Source: an uncultured Verrucomicrobiae bacterium
GTDB taxonomy: Bacteria > Verrucomicrobiota > Verrucomicrobiia > Limisphaerales > Palsa-1400
DNA length: 64,000 nucleotides
Assembly (NCBI GenBank): GCA_963707025.1
Contig: CAVPOM010000016.1
Span: 1-64,000, forward strand
Direction: 5' to 3'
Notes under the pieces: model-generated
What the model saw: the letters and a program-made list of their open reading frames with translations, nothing else
Database searches by the model: none
Told to the model about the DNA's origin: nothing
Position numbers and translations under genes: made by a program
In this document: positions 1-10,265 of the stretch, piece by piece
Layout of the letters: the number at the start of each line of letters is the position of its first letter
Numbering within the stretch: the stretch's first letter is position 1

Positions 1-374
1 GGGGTAACCGTTTGGCTGAACGGCGAGAAGCTGAAGCTGGGAAAATAGGTGGAGTCGCCCTCATAAAGTGCCGTAATCGAATACGTGCCCACCGGCAGGA
101 TGCTAATGGACAGATCGGCCGCGCCATTGGTTATGAAACTGGCCGAAACCGGAACGCCATTCGTGTAGAAGACAACCGACTCGCCATCGGGCGGCGCCGG
201 GTTCACGGTGGCCGAGAAGTTCAACGGCTGGCCATAGATCATGGGACTGCTGCCTGTCACCATCGTCGTGGTGGGGACAGTCTGCCGGGCCTGGAGGGAA
301 AAAGCCGCCGATAAAAAGCAGGCCAACGCCGTCAGGGCGGCGAATATTTGAGTGGTGCGAATGGAATTCTTCAT
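1..374 (-). CDS. Secreted protein with bacterial Ig-like (Big_3-type) domain; 5' part only, runs off window, apparent frameshift after signal peptide
   Basis: ATG at 374 gives MKNSIRTTQIFAALTALACF (signal-like); a shifted frame reads TVPTTTMVTGSSPMIYGQPLNFSATVNPAPPDGESVVFYTNG...LPVGTYSITALYEGDSTYFPS, a typical Ig-like group 3 pattern. Not in the ORF track. Confidence 0.7.
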   Translation of the reverse strand, partial: MKNSIRTTQIFAALTALACFLSAAFSLQARQTVPTTTMVTGSSPMIYGQPLNFSATVNPAPPDGESVVFYTNGVPVSASFITNGAADLSISILPVGTYSITALYEGDSTYFPSFSFSPFSQTVT

Positions 375-1132
375 GGTTTTCTGAGGTTGCTTTGGTGATT
401 AGGAAGGACGGCGGTTTTCAAAGGATCAATTGAGCGTTATTTATCAATACAATATTACCTATATCGGTCGGTTCGTGCGTGAACTTGAGTAAAATGTTGC
501 CGGATTGCGCAAACCGTTCGTTTCTAATCGGGATTTCCCAGTTGATTTTTCACCCACGACCCGCGCAAACCTTTCTTGTGATTTTCCTCCCGCTCCACAT
601 ATATGCGACTCTTATTTGCAACCGTTTTTTGCCAGTCCATCCTTCGTATCTTCTCTGGCAGAGGGGTGCTTCGCCGCGATTTGTGCCTTTCCGCACGCTT
701 TCCCACCCCATGCAAAGACACCTCCTGTGGTTTGTGGTGTTTTGACCTGTTTGCCTTCATCCTGACGTCGCGGTTGCCAATCTCAGCCGCCCAATCCCTT
801 CCAGAATGGCCCGGAACAACTAGGGTATGAGCGCGAACCAGGATTGTCACCTTTCTCTCCTTTGCGGGCATCTATGCGGTGAAGACGTAGGCAAGGGTAT
901 GAGCACGAATCATGCCGGAGAGGCCCGCAACTTTTTCGGGGCGGCGGGTGTTATAGTCCTTGTTGTTCCCGGAACATTTTACAATTCCATGACAATTGCG
1001 CCGGAAAGCCGCTCCATGCTGCGACATGACCCGGCCTGGCCCGCGAACCGGCCGCGCCGCTCCAACCGGGCGGCGGCGGGCCAGAGGTTCCAGGTTCGGG
1101 CCTGGCGCCGGCGGGCGTGGTTTTGAATTCGA

Positions 1133-1160
1133 TTGACAATGTGTGGATGATCGCTATAAT
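1133..1160 (+). promoter_or_regulatory. Consensus sigma70-type promoter upstream of T2SS operon
   Basis: TTGACA (1133-1138) - 16 nt - TATAAT (1155-1160). Confidence 0.75.
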
Positions 1161-1390
1161 GCTTTTTCCATGAGGTCTTTCCCATCAGTCCAAGCTGTGG
1201 CCGCCTGTTTTACGGGGGCGATTTGCGCGGATTTATCGCCGTTGTTTGAACCTTTTGCCTTGCAATTTGTCAAGCAACAAGGAACAAACCCGGTTGCAGT
1301 TATGCCAGTCATTATGCCAAACCGCCCCGCCGCCATTCGGCGCACAAAGTTCACAAAGGATTTCTCATCCCGCGTGTCTAACAGGTTAAC

Positions 1391-2958
1391 ATGAACAACT
1401 CCGCGGAAGAATCGCAAGAAAGCCCCGCCCCTGCCCCCGTCGGACGCGCCGGCAACGGGGGGAAGCTGAAAGTTTCCCCGGAGGCGCTGCACACCCTGCC
1501 GGCTGATTTTGTCAAACGCCATCGCGTGCTGCCACTGCGGGTTGACAACGGCGCGATCCATGTGGCCACGGCCGAGCCGGGCAACCAAACGGTCATTGAT
1601 GACATTCGCCTGCTCAGCGGCCTGGAAGTGCAGGAGCATGACACCCCTTCGGCGGAGTTGTTGGAAAAGATTGCCGAGTGCTACCAGATCACGGTCGAGA
1701 AGATGATCGAGAACCTCAATCCCGGACCGGACCGCCGCGGCGGAGGGCAAAAACCTGCACGACATCGAGGTCATGGCCAATGAGCCGACGGTCATCAACC
1801 TGGTTAACCTCATCATTTCCACAGCCTTGCGCGAGCGGGCCAGCGACATCCACATGCGTGCCCTTTGAGGAAACGCTGCAATTGCGCTATCGCATTGACG
1901 GACTGTTGCAGGAGAAGCCGCCGCCGCCCAAGCAATCTTCATGCCGCCCTGGTCTCGCGCATCAAAATCATGGCCGACATGAACATCGCCGAGCGCTTCA
2001 TGCCGCAGGACGGCCATATCCAGATCAATCACCGCGGCGCGCGGGTGGACATCCGGGTCGGCACCATGCCCACCATTTATGGCGAAGGCCTGGTGCATGC
2101 GCCTGCTGGAAAAGAACTCCAAGCTGCTGACCCCGATGGAACTGGGGCTGGATCCGGGAGCGCGCGGATTTGATGTCGCGGCTGGTGGAAAAGCCGCACG
2201 GGCTTTTTCTGGCGACCGGCCCGACCGGCAGCGGCAAGACCACCACGCTTTATTCCATTCTGCAAGGCATCTACACGCCGGAAAAGAAAATCGTCACCAT
2301 CGAGGACCCGGTGGAATATGAACTGGCCGGCGTGGCGCAAATCCCCGTGCGGCCCAGCGCGCAATTTCACCTTTGCCAACGGCCTGCGCTCCATTCTGCG
2401 CCAGGACCCGGACGTGATCATGGTGGGGGAAATCCGCGATTCGGAAACGGCGGAAATCGCCATCCGCGCCGCGCTGACCGGCCACCAGGTGTTCAGCACG
2501 CTGCACACCAACGATTCCACCGGCGCGGTCACGCGGCTGCTGGACATGGGCGTGGAGGCGTTTCTGATTTCGTCATCGCTGGAAGGCGTTCTGGCGCAAC
2601 GGCTGGTGCGCAGGATTTGCCCCATGTGCCAGAGCGCAGGCGCCGGTGACCAGCGCCGTGCAGCGACAAGCTCGCATGCCATGGGCGCCCGGCGGGTCGA
2701 GGGCCTTTTTTATCGCGGCGCGGATGCGAGGAATGCCGCGGCACCGGCTACAGGGGCCGCATCGGCATTTTTGAACTGCTGGCCATCGGGCCGGAATTGC
2801 GGGAATTGATTTTGCAAAAACGGTCCAATGCGGAACTCAAAGCGGTGGCGCACAAGACCATGATGACGATGCACCAGGACGCCATGCTCAAGGCCTCCCA
2901 GGGCGTGACCACCCTGGAGGAAATCCTCCGCGTATCTTCGGGAGATCTTCTGGAATGA
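1391..2958 (+). CDS. gspE: Type II secretion ATPase GspE/PulE (split over several frames)
   Basis: Fragments give [21 protein letters not shown], Walker [46 protein letters not shown] and C-terminal [11 protein letters not shown]; stop overlaps gspF ATG. Confidence 0.93.
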
Positions 2959-4203
2959 AGGCCTTCCGCTACCAGGCCATGGAAGCAAACGGCGCTCCGG
3001 TCAAGGGCGAGATCGAGGCGGAGGACCGCAAAGTCCGCGCTCCAATTGCTGGGCGCGCGGGGGCTTTTTCCGTCCATCCTCGAAAGCTGCGCCCAGACCG
3101 GAGAGGCCGCGGCTCTGCCGGCCTTGACCCCGCAGCCGCACGCCGGCAAAGCCCGCGCGGGCGGCCGGGTCTCGGGCAAGGACATCACGGCATTCACCCG
3201 CGAGATGGGCGCGCTGCTGGGGGCGGCCATTCCCATTCCCCAGGCCCTGGACGGCTTGGGCGAGGAGGAGGAGAATCTGGCGCTGCGGGCCATCGTCCTG
3301 AAGATCGCCGATTCGGTGCGAAAAGGCGCGGCGCTTTCCGCCGCCTTGGAAGAGCATCCCAAATTGTTCAGCAAACTCTACGTCAGCATGGTGCGGGTGG
3401 GGGAGGAGGCGGGCGTCCTGCCCAAGGTGATGGCCGATCTGGCCGAGCTGCTGGAGCATGAGGATGAAGTGCGCGGCGAAGTCATGGCCGCCGTGGCCTA
3501 CCCGGTCTTCGTCCTCTGCTTTGGCTGTGTCACGGTGACGATCCTGCTGACGGTGGTCATGCCCAAGCTGTTCAGCATGTTGACGGAAATGGCCACCACC
3601 CTGCCTTTGCCCACGATCATTTTGCTGCGGGTCAGCGGATTCGTCCATGCCTACTGGTTCTGCTCCTGGTGGGATTGATCGGGGCGGCGGCCGGCCTGCG
3701 CTGGTTTTTGCGTTCCCGCCGGGGTGCCGAAAGGTGGGACGGCTTCAAGCTGCGGCTTCCGGTGTTGGGCGGAGTTTTTCGGGCGGCGGCCTTGAGCCGG
3801 TTTGCGCGGACGCTCGGCACGCTGGCCAAGAGCGGGGTCTCGCTTCTGCCGGCGCTTGAAAATTGTGGAGCACACCATCGGCAACCTGGTGTTGGGAAAG
3901 TTGATCGCCCAGGTCGCCGAGGAGACGCGCGGGGGCGATTCGCTGGCCACGCCCTTGCGCAAGCTGGGCATTTTTCCCAAGACGGTCGTGCAAATGATCA
4001 GTGTGGGCGAGGAAACGGGCATGCTGCCGGAGATGCTGCTGAAAGTGGCCGACATCGAGGAGCGCCACATGCGGGCGCGCACCAAGACGCTGATTTCCCT
4101 GCTCGCGCCGGCCTTGATTCTGGTGGTGGGCGCTTTGGTCGGCTTCATGGTCATCGCGCTGTTGCTGCCCATCTTCAACATGAGCCAGGCCCTGGAAAGA
4201 TAA
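2955..4203 (+). CDS. gspF: Type II secretion inner-membrane platform protein GspF (frameshifted)
   Basis: [14 protein letters not shown]-terminus, FSKLYVSMVRVGEEAG, AVAYP, MISVGEETGML, IALLLPIF motifs across ORFs 2955, 3046, 3669, 3802. Confidence 0.92.
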
Positions 4204-4207
4204 CACT

Positions 4208-4645
4208 ATGAAAAACCGAACGTTCACAAACAGAATCGGATACAGAAATGGTGGATTCACCCTGATTGAGATCATGGTGGTGGTGATCGTCATCGGCATT
4301 CTGGCCGCGACGATCATCCCCAAGTTCATGGGCACCACCCACGATGCCAAGGTCGCCACCGCCAAAGCCAACATCGCCGAGCTGGACTCCGCCTTGGAAA
4401 GATACAATGTCCAGATGGACTCCTATCCGTCCACCGAGGAAGGCTTGAAGGTGCTGGTGGAGAAGCCGGCCAATGACGATGGGAAATGGCGCGGCCCCTA
4501 CATCAAAATGCTGCGCCCCGACCCGTGGGGGCAGCCTTTCCAATACAAATATCCCGGCACCCATCACAGCACCGGCCCTGACTTGTGGGCCATGGACCCG
4601 GACAAGGCCAACGGGGCCGAAGGCGCCGAGATTGGAAACTGGTAG
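4208..4645 (+). CDS. gspG: Major pseudopilin GspG
   Basis: G|FTLIEIMVVVIVIGILA methylation motif; YPSTEEGL, WRGPY, DPWGQPFQY, EIGNW. Confidence 0.95.
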   Translation: MKNRTFTNRIGYRNGGFTLIEIMVVVIVIGILAATIIPKFMGTTHDAKVATAKANIAELDSALERYNVQMDSYPSTEEGLKVLVEKPANDDGKWRGPYIKMLRPDPWGQPFQYKYPGTHHSTGPDLWAMDPDKANGAEGAEIGNW

Positions 4646-4654
4646 GAAGGCAAA

Positions 4655-4755
4655 GAATTGTGAATTGAGAATTGTGAATTGTGAAAGACAGACATCCCGC
4701 ATTCCCAATTCAGCATTCCATGAAATCCGCAATCCGCAATCCGCAATCCGCAATT
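4655..4755. repeat. Heptamer tandem repeats (GAATTGT)n and (AATCCGC)n overlapping the gspH start
   Basis: gaattgtgaattgagaattgtgaattgtgaa and aaatccgcaatccgcaatccgcaatccgcaat. Confidence 0.9.
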
Positions 4756-5304
4756 GCACCGCGCGCCTTCACCCTGGTTGAAATGTTGGTGGTGGTCGTC
4801 ATCGTCAGCATCATGAGCGTGGCCATCGTGGCCGAAATGCACGGCACCTATCAGGACGCCCTCCTGCGCGCCACCAGCCGGGAATTGGCCGCCGCCTGCA
4901 ACGCCGCCAGCAGCCGCGCCATCTCCGTCAACCGTCCGCATCGTATTCGCCTGGACCCGTTGGCCCACCGCTATTTCCTGGAGCGCGGCACGCGCGGCGG
5001 GTCGGATTTCTTTCCCGTCAAGGATGTTCCGGGCGGCTCGGGAACGCTCGACGCCCGCATCACCATCAACCTCCTGGAGCCGGGGGTGAATTCACCGGAC
5101 GACGCCGGGGAACAACCCCCCGCCGGTTCCGGCCAGACCGGCCCAGCTCCATCCAGCCGGCTGGAAGATGCCATCACCTTCTATGCCGATGGCACGGCCG
5201 ACGCCCGCCAGATTGAGCTGGCCGACCGCGATGGATACCGCCTGGCCTTGCGCATCAACCCCATCACCTCGCGCGTGCAGATCACGGCGATGGAACACCC
5301 ATGA
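4720..5304 (+). CDS. gspH: Minor pseudopilin GspH/FimT-like
   Basis: A|FTLVEMLVVVVIVSIM prepilin motif, ITFYADGTA, position after gspG; start at ATG 4720 inferred. Confidence 0.85.
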   Translation: MKSAIRNPQSAIAPRAFTLVEMLVVVVIVSIMSVAIVAEMHGTYQDALLRATSRELAAACNAASSRAISVNRPHRIRLDPLAHRYFLERGTRGGSDFFPVKDVPGGSGTLDARITINLLEPGVNSPDDAGEQPPAGSGQTGPAPSSRLEDAITFYADGTADARQIELADRDGYRLALRINPITSRVQITAMEHP

Positions 5305-5753
5305 GCGCCAGGCGTCACAACGGCGGTTTCTCCTTGATTGAGGTCATGTGCGCCATCCTCATCATGGGCGTGGCGCTGGTCGCCCTGACGCATGGCCTGA
5401 CCACAGCCCTGGGTTCGACCAAGGATTCCGAGGTCCAAACCACCGTCGTTTCACTGGCGGCCGGCCAGATCGAGACCTTGCGGGCCAGCGCGGTTTTAAC
5501 CGACGAAACGACCGAGGGCGATTTCGGCGACAGCTTTCCCAAGTATAAGTGGGAGCAAACCGTCGCCCCCAGCGATGTGGACGGCCTCCACCAGGTGGAC
5601 GTGCTGGTGCAGGATGCCAGGTCGGGCGCCACTCTCTACAAACTCACCACCTTGCTGTTTGATGCGGACTATCCCAGCACCAGCGCCGCCGATGCCAAGC
5701 AGAAGGCGCGCGATCTGGAGAAGGCCAAAAAGAGAAACAGGAGGGGGACATGA
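5301..5753 (+). CDS. gspI: Minor pseudopilin GspI
   Basis: G|FSLIEVMCAILIMGV motif, EGDF...YKW, operon order. Confidence 0.85.
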   Translation: MSARRHNGGFSLIEVMCAILIMGVALVALTHGLTTALGSTKDSEVQTTVVSLAAGQIETLRASAVLTDETTEGDFGDSFPKYKWEQTVAPSDVDGLHQVDVLVQDARSGATLYKLTTLLFDADYPSTSAADAKQKARDLEKAKKRNRRGT

Positions 5754-6601
5754 AAATGAAACGCGAGGATGGAGGGAAGGGGAGGAGATTAGGATTAAGA
5801 TTAGGATTAAGATTGGGAGGAAGACAGGGAGGGTTCACCCTCATTGAACTTACCATCAGCGCGGCGGTGGCCTCCGTCATTTTGGTGGCTTCCTATCTTT
5901 GCCTCAACGCGGGGGTGGCCACGCAAAAGCTCATTGAGCCGCGCACCGAGGTTCTGCAAAGCGCGCGGGTCGCCCTGGCCATGATGAGCGCGGACCTGCG
6001 CTCGGCTTGTTCGCTCTCCCCGGATTTCGACTTCGTGGGCGAGCCGCGCGCCCTGGGCGAGATGGAGGCGGACAACCTGGATTTCGCCACCCACTTCTAC
6101 ACCCCGGCCCGGACCGGCGAAGGGGATTATTGCCAGGTCAGTTATTTCGTGGACAAAAGCCGCGGCGCCCAACCCGGCGACACCGGACTCTTCAGCCTGT
6201 GGCGCCGGCGCAATCCCCACCTGGCCCCCGATCCGCTGGCCGGGGGGAGCCGGGAGGAGCTGGTGCGCGGCTTGCGCGGCCTGACCCTGGAATACTACGA
6301 CGGGCTGGATTGGTACGACACCTGGGGCGACGCCAGCGTCAAGAAAAAGGTCAAATATACCACCCTGCCCGCCCCCAATCTTTCCGGATTTCCCGAAGCG
6401 GTGCGCATCACCCTGGAGCTGGATCCCAATCCGGAAAAAAGCGCGGAGAAAAGGGAGCCGCCCCTCGTCTTCCAGACCGTGGTCCGGCTGGAGCTGGCCG
6501 ACGTGCCGGCCCCGGGCGGCGCCTCGGCCGCGCCGGACAATTCCGGCGGCGGCAACGATGCCGGCCAACCCGGCCAGAACCCCGGCGGAGGGATGAACTG
6601 A
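5750..6601 (+). CDS. gspJ: Minor pseudopilin GspJ
   Basis: G|FTLIELTIS motif, MSADLRSA, LEYYDGLDWYDTW, PEAVRITL. Confidence 0.85.
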   Translation: MKMKREDGGKGRRLGLRLGLRLGGRQGGFTLIELTISAAVASVILVASYLCLNAGVATQKLIEPRTEVLQSARVALAMMSADLRSACSLSPDFDFVGEPRALGEMEADNLDFATHFYTPARTGEGDYCQVSYFVDKSRGAQPGDTGLFSLWRRRNPHLAPDPLAGGSREELVRGLRGLTLEYYDGLDWYDTWGDASVKKKVKYTTLPAPNLSGFPEAVRITLELDPNPEKSAEKREPPLVFQTVVRLELADVPAPGGASAAPDNSGGGNDAGQPGQNPGGGMN

Positions 6602-7987
6602 ATGAGACGGACAGGTTCCATTCTCGTCGGCGTGCTCTGGTGCATGGTGCTCTTGTCCGTGCTGGTCATCGGGGTTTTGCATACCTCCCGCATGGACCTT
6701 TTGGTGGTCAAGAATTATGGCGACCGGGTGCAGGCCCATTATCTGGCCCTGGCCGGCGTCGAGCGGGCCAAGGCCCTGCTCTACCAGGACGTCGTGCTCC
6801 GCCAGCAAACGGCCAAAAACCATACCGGCTCGCTCTACAACGACGCCAAGGACTTCCGGAATGTGCCCTTGGGCCGGGGCCAATTCCAGGTCTTCCGCCG
6901 CGCGCCGCCCGAGGAAGGCGGGAGCATCATTTATGGGATCAGCGATGAAGAAAGCCGGCTGAATTTGAACACCGCCTCGGCCAGCCAACTGACCAATCTC
7001 ACCGGCATGACCCCCGACATGGTCACCGCCATTATCTCCTGGCGCACCGCCGCCAATACCAACGCCCCGGCTCCGGGCGGAGCCGACTCCGATTATTACC
7101 TGTCCCTGCAGCCGCCTTACCTGGCGCGCAACGCCCCTTTCCAAACCGTGCGGGAACTGCTCATGGTGCGCGACATCACTCCCGAACTGCTCCTGGGCAA
7201 CGACCATAATCAAAACGGCTTCCTCGACAGCGACGACGATCCGGCCGACCAAGGCCCGCCCGGCTCCAAGCCCCCGCCCGCTCCCAGCCCGGGCTGGGCC
7301 GCCCTGCTCACCGTCGCGGACACCGACAAGGATGTCAACGCCTCCGGCAAGGACCGCGTCAACCCGCAGACGGCCGACGAAGCCGCCCTCACCGCCGTGG
7401 CCGGCATCACCCAGCCGATTGCCCGGGCCATCGTCTCCTACCGGCGCCAGAACCAGTTGCAAACCCTGGACGATCTGCTTTCCGTCACGGCGCAAAATCC
7501 CAACCAGGACGGCGCCAATGGCAACGGCGCAGGCGGGCGCAATGCCGGAGCGGGCGCAAACCAGGCTGGCGGCCAGGGTGGTTCCGGCAATTCCGGCGCG
7601 GCCGTCATCAGCCAGGAGTTGCTGGAGCAAATCGCCGATGACCTGACGCTGGCCGGCGGCGACCAATCCGGCCTGATCAATATCAACACCGCCGGCCTGG
7701 ATGTTCTGATTTGCCTGCCGGGCGTGGAACAGCCCCTGGCCCAGGCCATCATCAACTATCGCACCTCCACCGGCTATTTTGACAACGTGGCCGGACTGCT
7801 CAAGGTGGACGGGATGACGCGCGCTATTTTCAAACAGGTGGTTCCGCTGGTCACGGCCCGCTCCGAAACTTATCGCATCGTCGGCGAGGGCAAAATTAAT
7901 TCCTCGGGCGCGCGCCAGCGCATTGAGGCCATCGTCCACATCGGCCGCAGCGACATCGAAACCCTGGCCTACCGGGAGGATTTGTGA
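6602..7987 (+). CDS. gspK: Minor pseudopilin GspK with helix-hairpin-helix repeats
   Basis: G|SILVGVLW, DEESRLNLNTA, PFQTVRELLMV, ININTA motifs. Confidence 0.9.
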   Translation: MRRTGSILVGVLWCMVLLSVLVIGVLHTSRMDLLVVKNYGDRVQAHYLALAGVERAKALLYQDVVLRQQTAKNHTGSLYNDAKDFRNVPLGRGQFQVFRRAPPEEGGSIIYGISDEESRLNLNTASASQLTNLTGMTPDMVTAIISWRTAANTNAPAPGGADSDYYLSLQPPYLARNAPFQTVRELLMVRDITPELLLGNDHNQNGFLDSDDDPADQGPPGSKPPPAPSPGWAALLTVADTDKDVNASGKDRVNPQTADEAALTAVAGITQPIARAIVSYRRQNQLQTLDDLLSVTAQNPNQDGANGNGAGGRNAGAGANQAGGQGGSGNSGAAVISQELLEQIADDLTLAGGDQSGLININTAGLDVLICLPGVEQPLAQAIINYRTSTGYFDNVAGLLKVDGMTRAIFKQVVPLVTARSETYRIVGEGKINSSGARQRIEAIVHIGRSDIETLAYREDL

Positions 7988-9702
7988 TGAGCCTGGAATC
8001 CATCAATGCCACGGGCCTTTTTATTGACTTCGGCCAAAGCTGGCTCCACGCCCTCAACGGCGGCGACGCCTTTTCCTTCCCCCTCCAGCGCGGCGAAAAC
8101 GGGCGCTTGACCGATCTTTGCCGCGAACGGCTCACCGCGGACCTGCGCGGATTCTTGGGCAGGAAGGGCCGGGCCGCGGGCCGGAGCGCCTTCTGCGCCA
8201 TCGGCGCGCGCGGCGTTTCCATGCGCCGCCTCAGTCTGCCCGCCTCCTCCAAGGAGGAACAGCATCGGGTGCTGCGGCTGCAAATCGAGAGCCAGTTTCC
8301 TCTCTCGCCCGACGAACTGGCCTGGGGCTGCCGGCCGGTCGGCCCGCCCAAACCTTCCGCCAACGGCGGCCCGGCGCGGCAGGAATGGCTGGTCATCGCC
8401 GTGAAAAAGGAAGTCCTGGAGGATTACGCCGCCATTCTGCGCGCCTGCGGCCTGGCCCCGCTCTTCACCCTCGCCGCCCTGGCCCGGGCCGAACTCCATC
8501 CGCCCCCGCCCGCCTCCGGCGCGGTCCTGGCCATCGGCCGCACCCATTCGGAGCTGATGTCTTTTGACAACGGGGCGCCCGCCTCCATCCGCCTGCTGGC
8601 CTGGGGCGGCGAAACCATCACCCGCGCCATCCAGGAAAAACTGGCCCTCAGCCACGACGAGGCCGAGAAACTCAAGCTGACCCTGGACCAGCCGGCCGCG
8701 GCCTTTGGCCCGCAGGGGCCGCTGCTGCAAAGCGCCACCCAATCGGCCCTGGCGGCGCTGGCGCAAGGGCTCAGCCCCGGCTCGCTCGGCGACAAGTTGT
8801 ACTTGACTGGAAAAAGCGCCCGCGATCCGCGCCTGGCGCCGCTCCTGGCCGGTGTGCTGGGAGGCGCGGTCGCCTGCCAAAGCCTGGAACAGGCCTCCGC
8901 GGCGGGGCCTTCCGCCGCCGTCGCCGGCCTGATCAAATCCGCCGCGGGCAACGGGGCCGGCTCTCCCTTGATTCTCCAACTCAACGGCGGCCGGGGAGAG
9001 GCCGGGCCGGCCCGGCCGGTCTTCCGGCAATGGGCCGCCGCCGCCGTCCTGCTGGCCCTGGCCACGCTCCTTTTCCCTTATGCCCGGGCCTTCGTGCTCA
9101 AGCCGATCCTGGAAAAAAAACTCGCCGCGCTCCAGGCCGACCGCGGCCGGCTCGCCACCATTGATCAGGAACTGGAATTTCTCAAATATCTCAGGCAGAC
9201 CCAGCCTCCTTACCTGGACACGATTTACCTGCTGGCCAAGTCGGCGCCGCAGGGCACGCATCTGGATGGCCTCTCCATGGGCCTCCACCAGCAAATCTCC
9301 ATCCGCTTGAAAATGGCCAACGCCCAGCAGGTCAGCGATTTCCGCTCCAAACTCATTGATTCGGGCTGGTTCACCAATGTCATGGTGGAGGAGCAGACCC
9401 CGCAGCCCGACCGCCGGGTCGTCGTGCGGATGACGGCGGATTTAAAGCCGGTGGAATTGCGCAAACCGCTCGCCCCGGAACCGGCGGGCAAGAAGGCCGA
9501 TAAACCGCGCCCCGGCGGCGACGAGCCGGACATGGGCATGCCGCCGCCGGAGCCTATGATGATGCCTCCCTCCCAACCCATGGAAATGCCCCTCCAGGTG
9601 GCACCCCCCGGCCCGCCGGACGGCCAGGGCGCGCCGCCGCCGCGCCGCGGCCGTGGACGCAGAGGCAGCGCGGCCCCTGACGCCACGCCCCCTGAATTAT
9701 GA
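7984..9702 (+). CDS. gspL: GspL/PilM-PilN-like assembly platform protein
   Basis: Actin-like cytoplasmic domain (IDFG, WGGETIT...EAEKLK), single TM, PilN-like periplasmic part, Pro-rich tail; operon position. Confidence 0.72.
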   Translation: MMSLESINATGLFIDFGQSWLHALNGGDAFSFPLQRGENGRLTDLCRERLTADLRGFLGRKGRAAGRSAFCAIGARGVSMRRLSLPASSKEEQHRVLRLQIESQFPLSPDELAWGCRPVGPPKPSANGGPARQEWLVIAVKKEVLEDYAAILRACGLAPLFTLAALARAELHPPPPASGAVLAIGRTHSELMSFDNGAPASIRLLAWGGETITRAIQEKLALSHDEAEKLKLTLDQPAAAFGPQGPLLQSATQSALAALAQGLSPGSLGDKLYLTGKSARDPRLAPLLAGVLGGAVACQSLEQASAAGPSAAVAGLIKSAAGNGAGSPLILQLNGGRGEAGPARPVFRQWAAAAVLLALATLLFPYARAFVLKPILEKKLAALQADRGRLATIDQELEFLKYLRQTQPPYLDTIYLLAKSAPQGTHLDGLSMGLHQQISIRLKMANAQQVSDFRSKLIDSGWFTNVMVEEQTPQPDRRVVVRMTADLKPVELRKPLAPEPAGKKADKPRPGGDEPDMGMPPPEPMMMPPSQPMEMPLQVAPPGPPDGQGAPPPRRGRGRRGSAAPDATPPEL

Positions 9703-10265
9703 ACCGCCCACTGACCCCCAAGGAAAAGCGCACCATCCGCATCGCGGCGGTTTGCGTGGGCATTTATCTGGCGCTGTTCTACGGCCCGGGCCTGCGGAAC
9801 TATTTGACGGCGCGGCGCCAGGCCTGCGACAAGCTGGCGCAACAGGCCAGGGACCTGCGCGACCTGATCAAGCCCTACCAGGAAAAGATCGCCACGGCCA
9901 CCAACCTGATGGACCGCTTCCGCATGGACCCGGTCAAGCTCAAGCGTACCTCGGTGGTGGCGGAGGCCAGCGCCGCCATACAGCAGGCGGCGGCGGCGGA
10001 GAAAGTGGTGGTGGGGCCGATCCGGGAAACGCCGGGCCGCCCTTCCGCCAAGGAGGCCGGCTCCATCCAATTTGAAGGCAGCGGCCCCATTGCCGCGGTG
10101 CTCGACCTGCTGCACAACCTGGACCACATCGGCTTTCCCATTATTATTGACACCGTTCAATTCAGCGCCGACCCGCGCATGCCCAACGCCCTCAAGGTCA
10201 GCCTGACCATCCAGGTTCTGGATTTTGACGCCTGGAAACCCAAGGAGGCGATGCCCCATGTTTGA
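9699..10265 (+). CDS. gspM: GspM/PilO-like protein
   Basis: LTPKEKR + TM + coiled coil + ferredoxin-like C-terminus; follows gspL. Confidence 0.7.
   Translation: MNRPLTPKEKRTIRIAAVCVGIYLALFYGPGLRNYLTARRQACDKLAQQARDLRDLIKPYQEKIATATNLMDRFRMDPVKLKRTSVVAEASAAIQQAAAAEKVVVGPIRETPGRPSAKEAGSIQFEGSGPIAAVLDLLHNLDHIGFPIIIDTVQFSADPRMPNALKVSLTIQVLDFDAWKPKEAMPHV

Noticed and set aside
1391..4203. Frameshifts in gspE and gspF as T2SS pseudogenisation or programmed frameshifting
   Set aside because: Similar single-base indels also hit hprK, the lpt gene, the kinase and the FmdB gene, with no accompanying nonsense decay or slippery motifs. Sequencing or assembly error is more likely; raw reads are needed to settle it.
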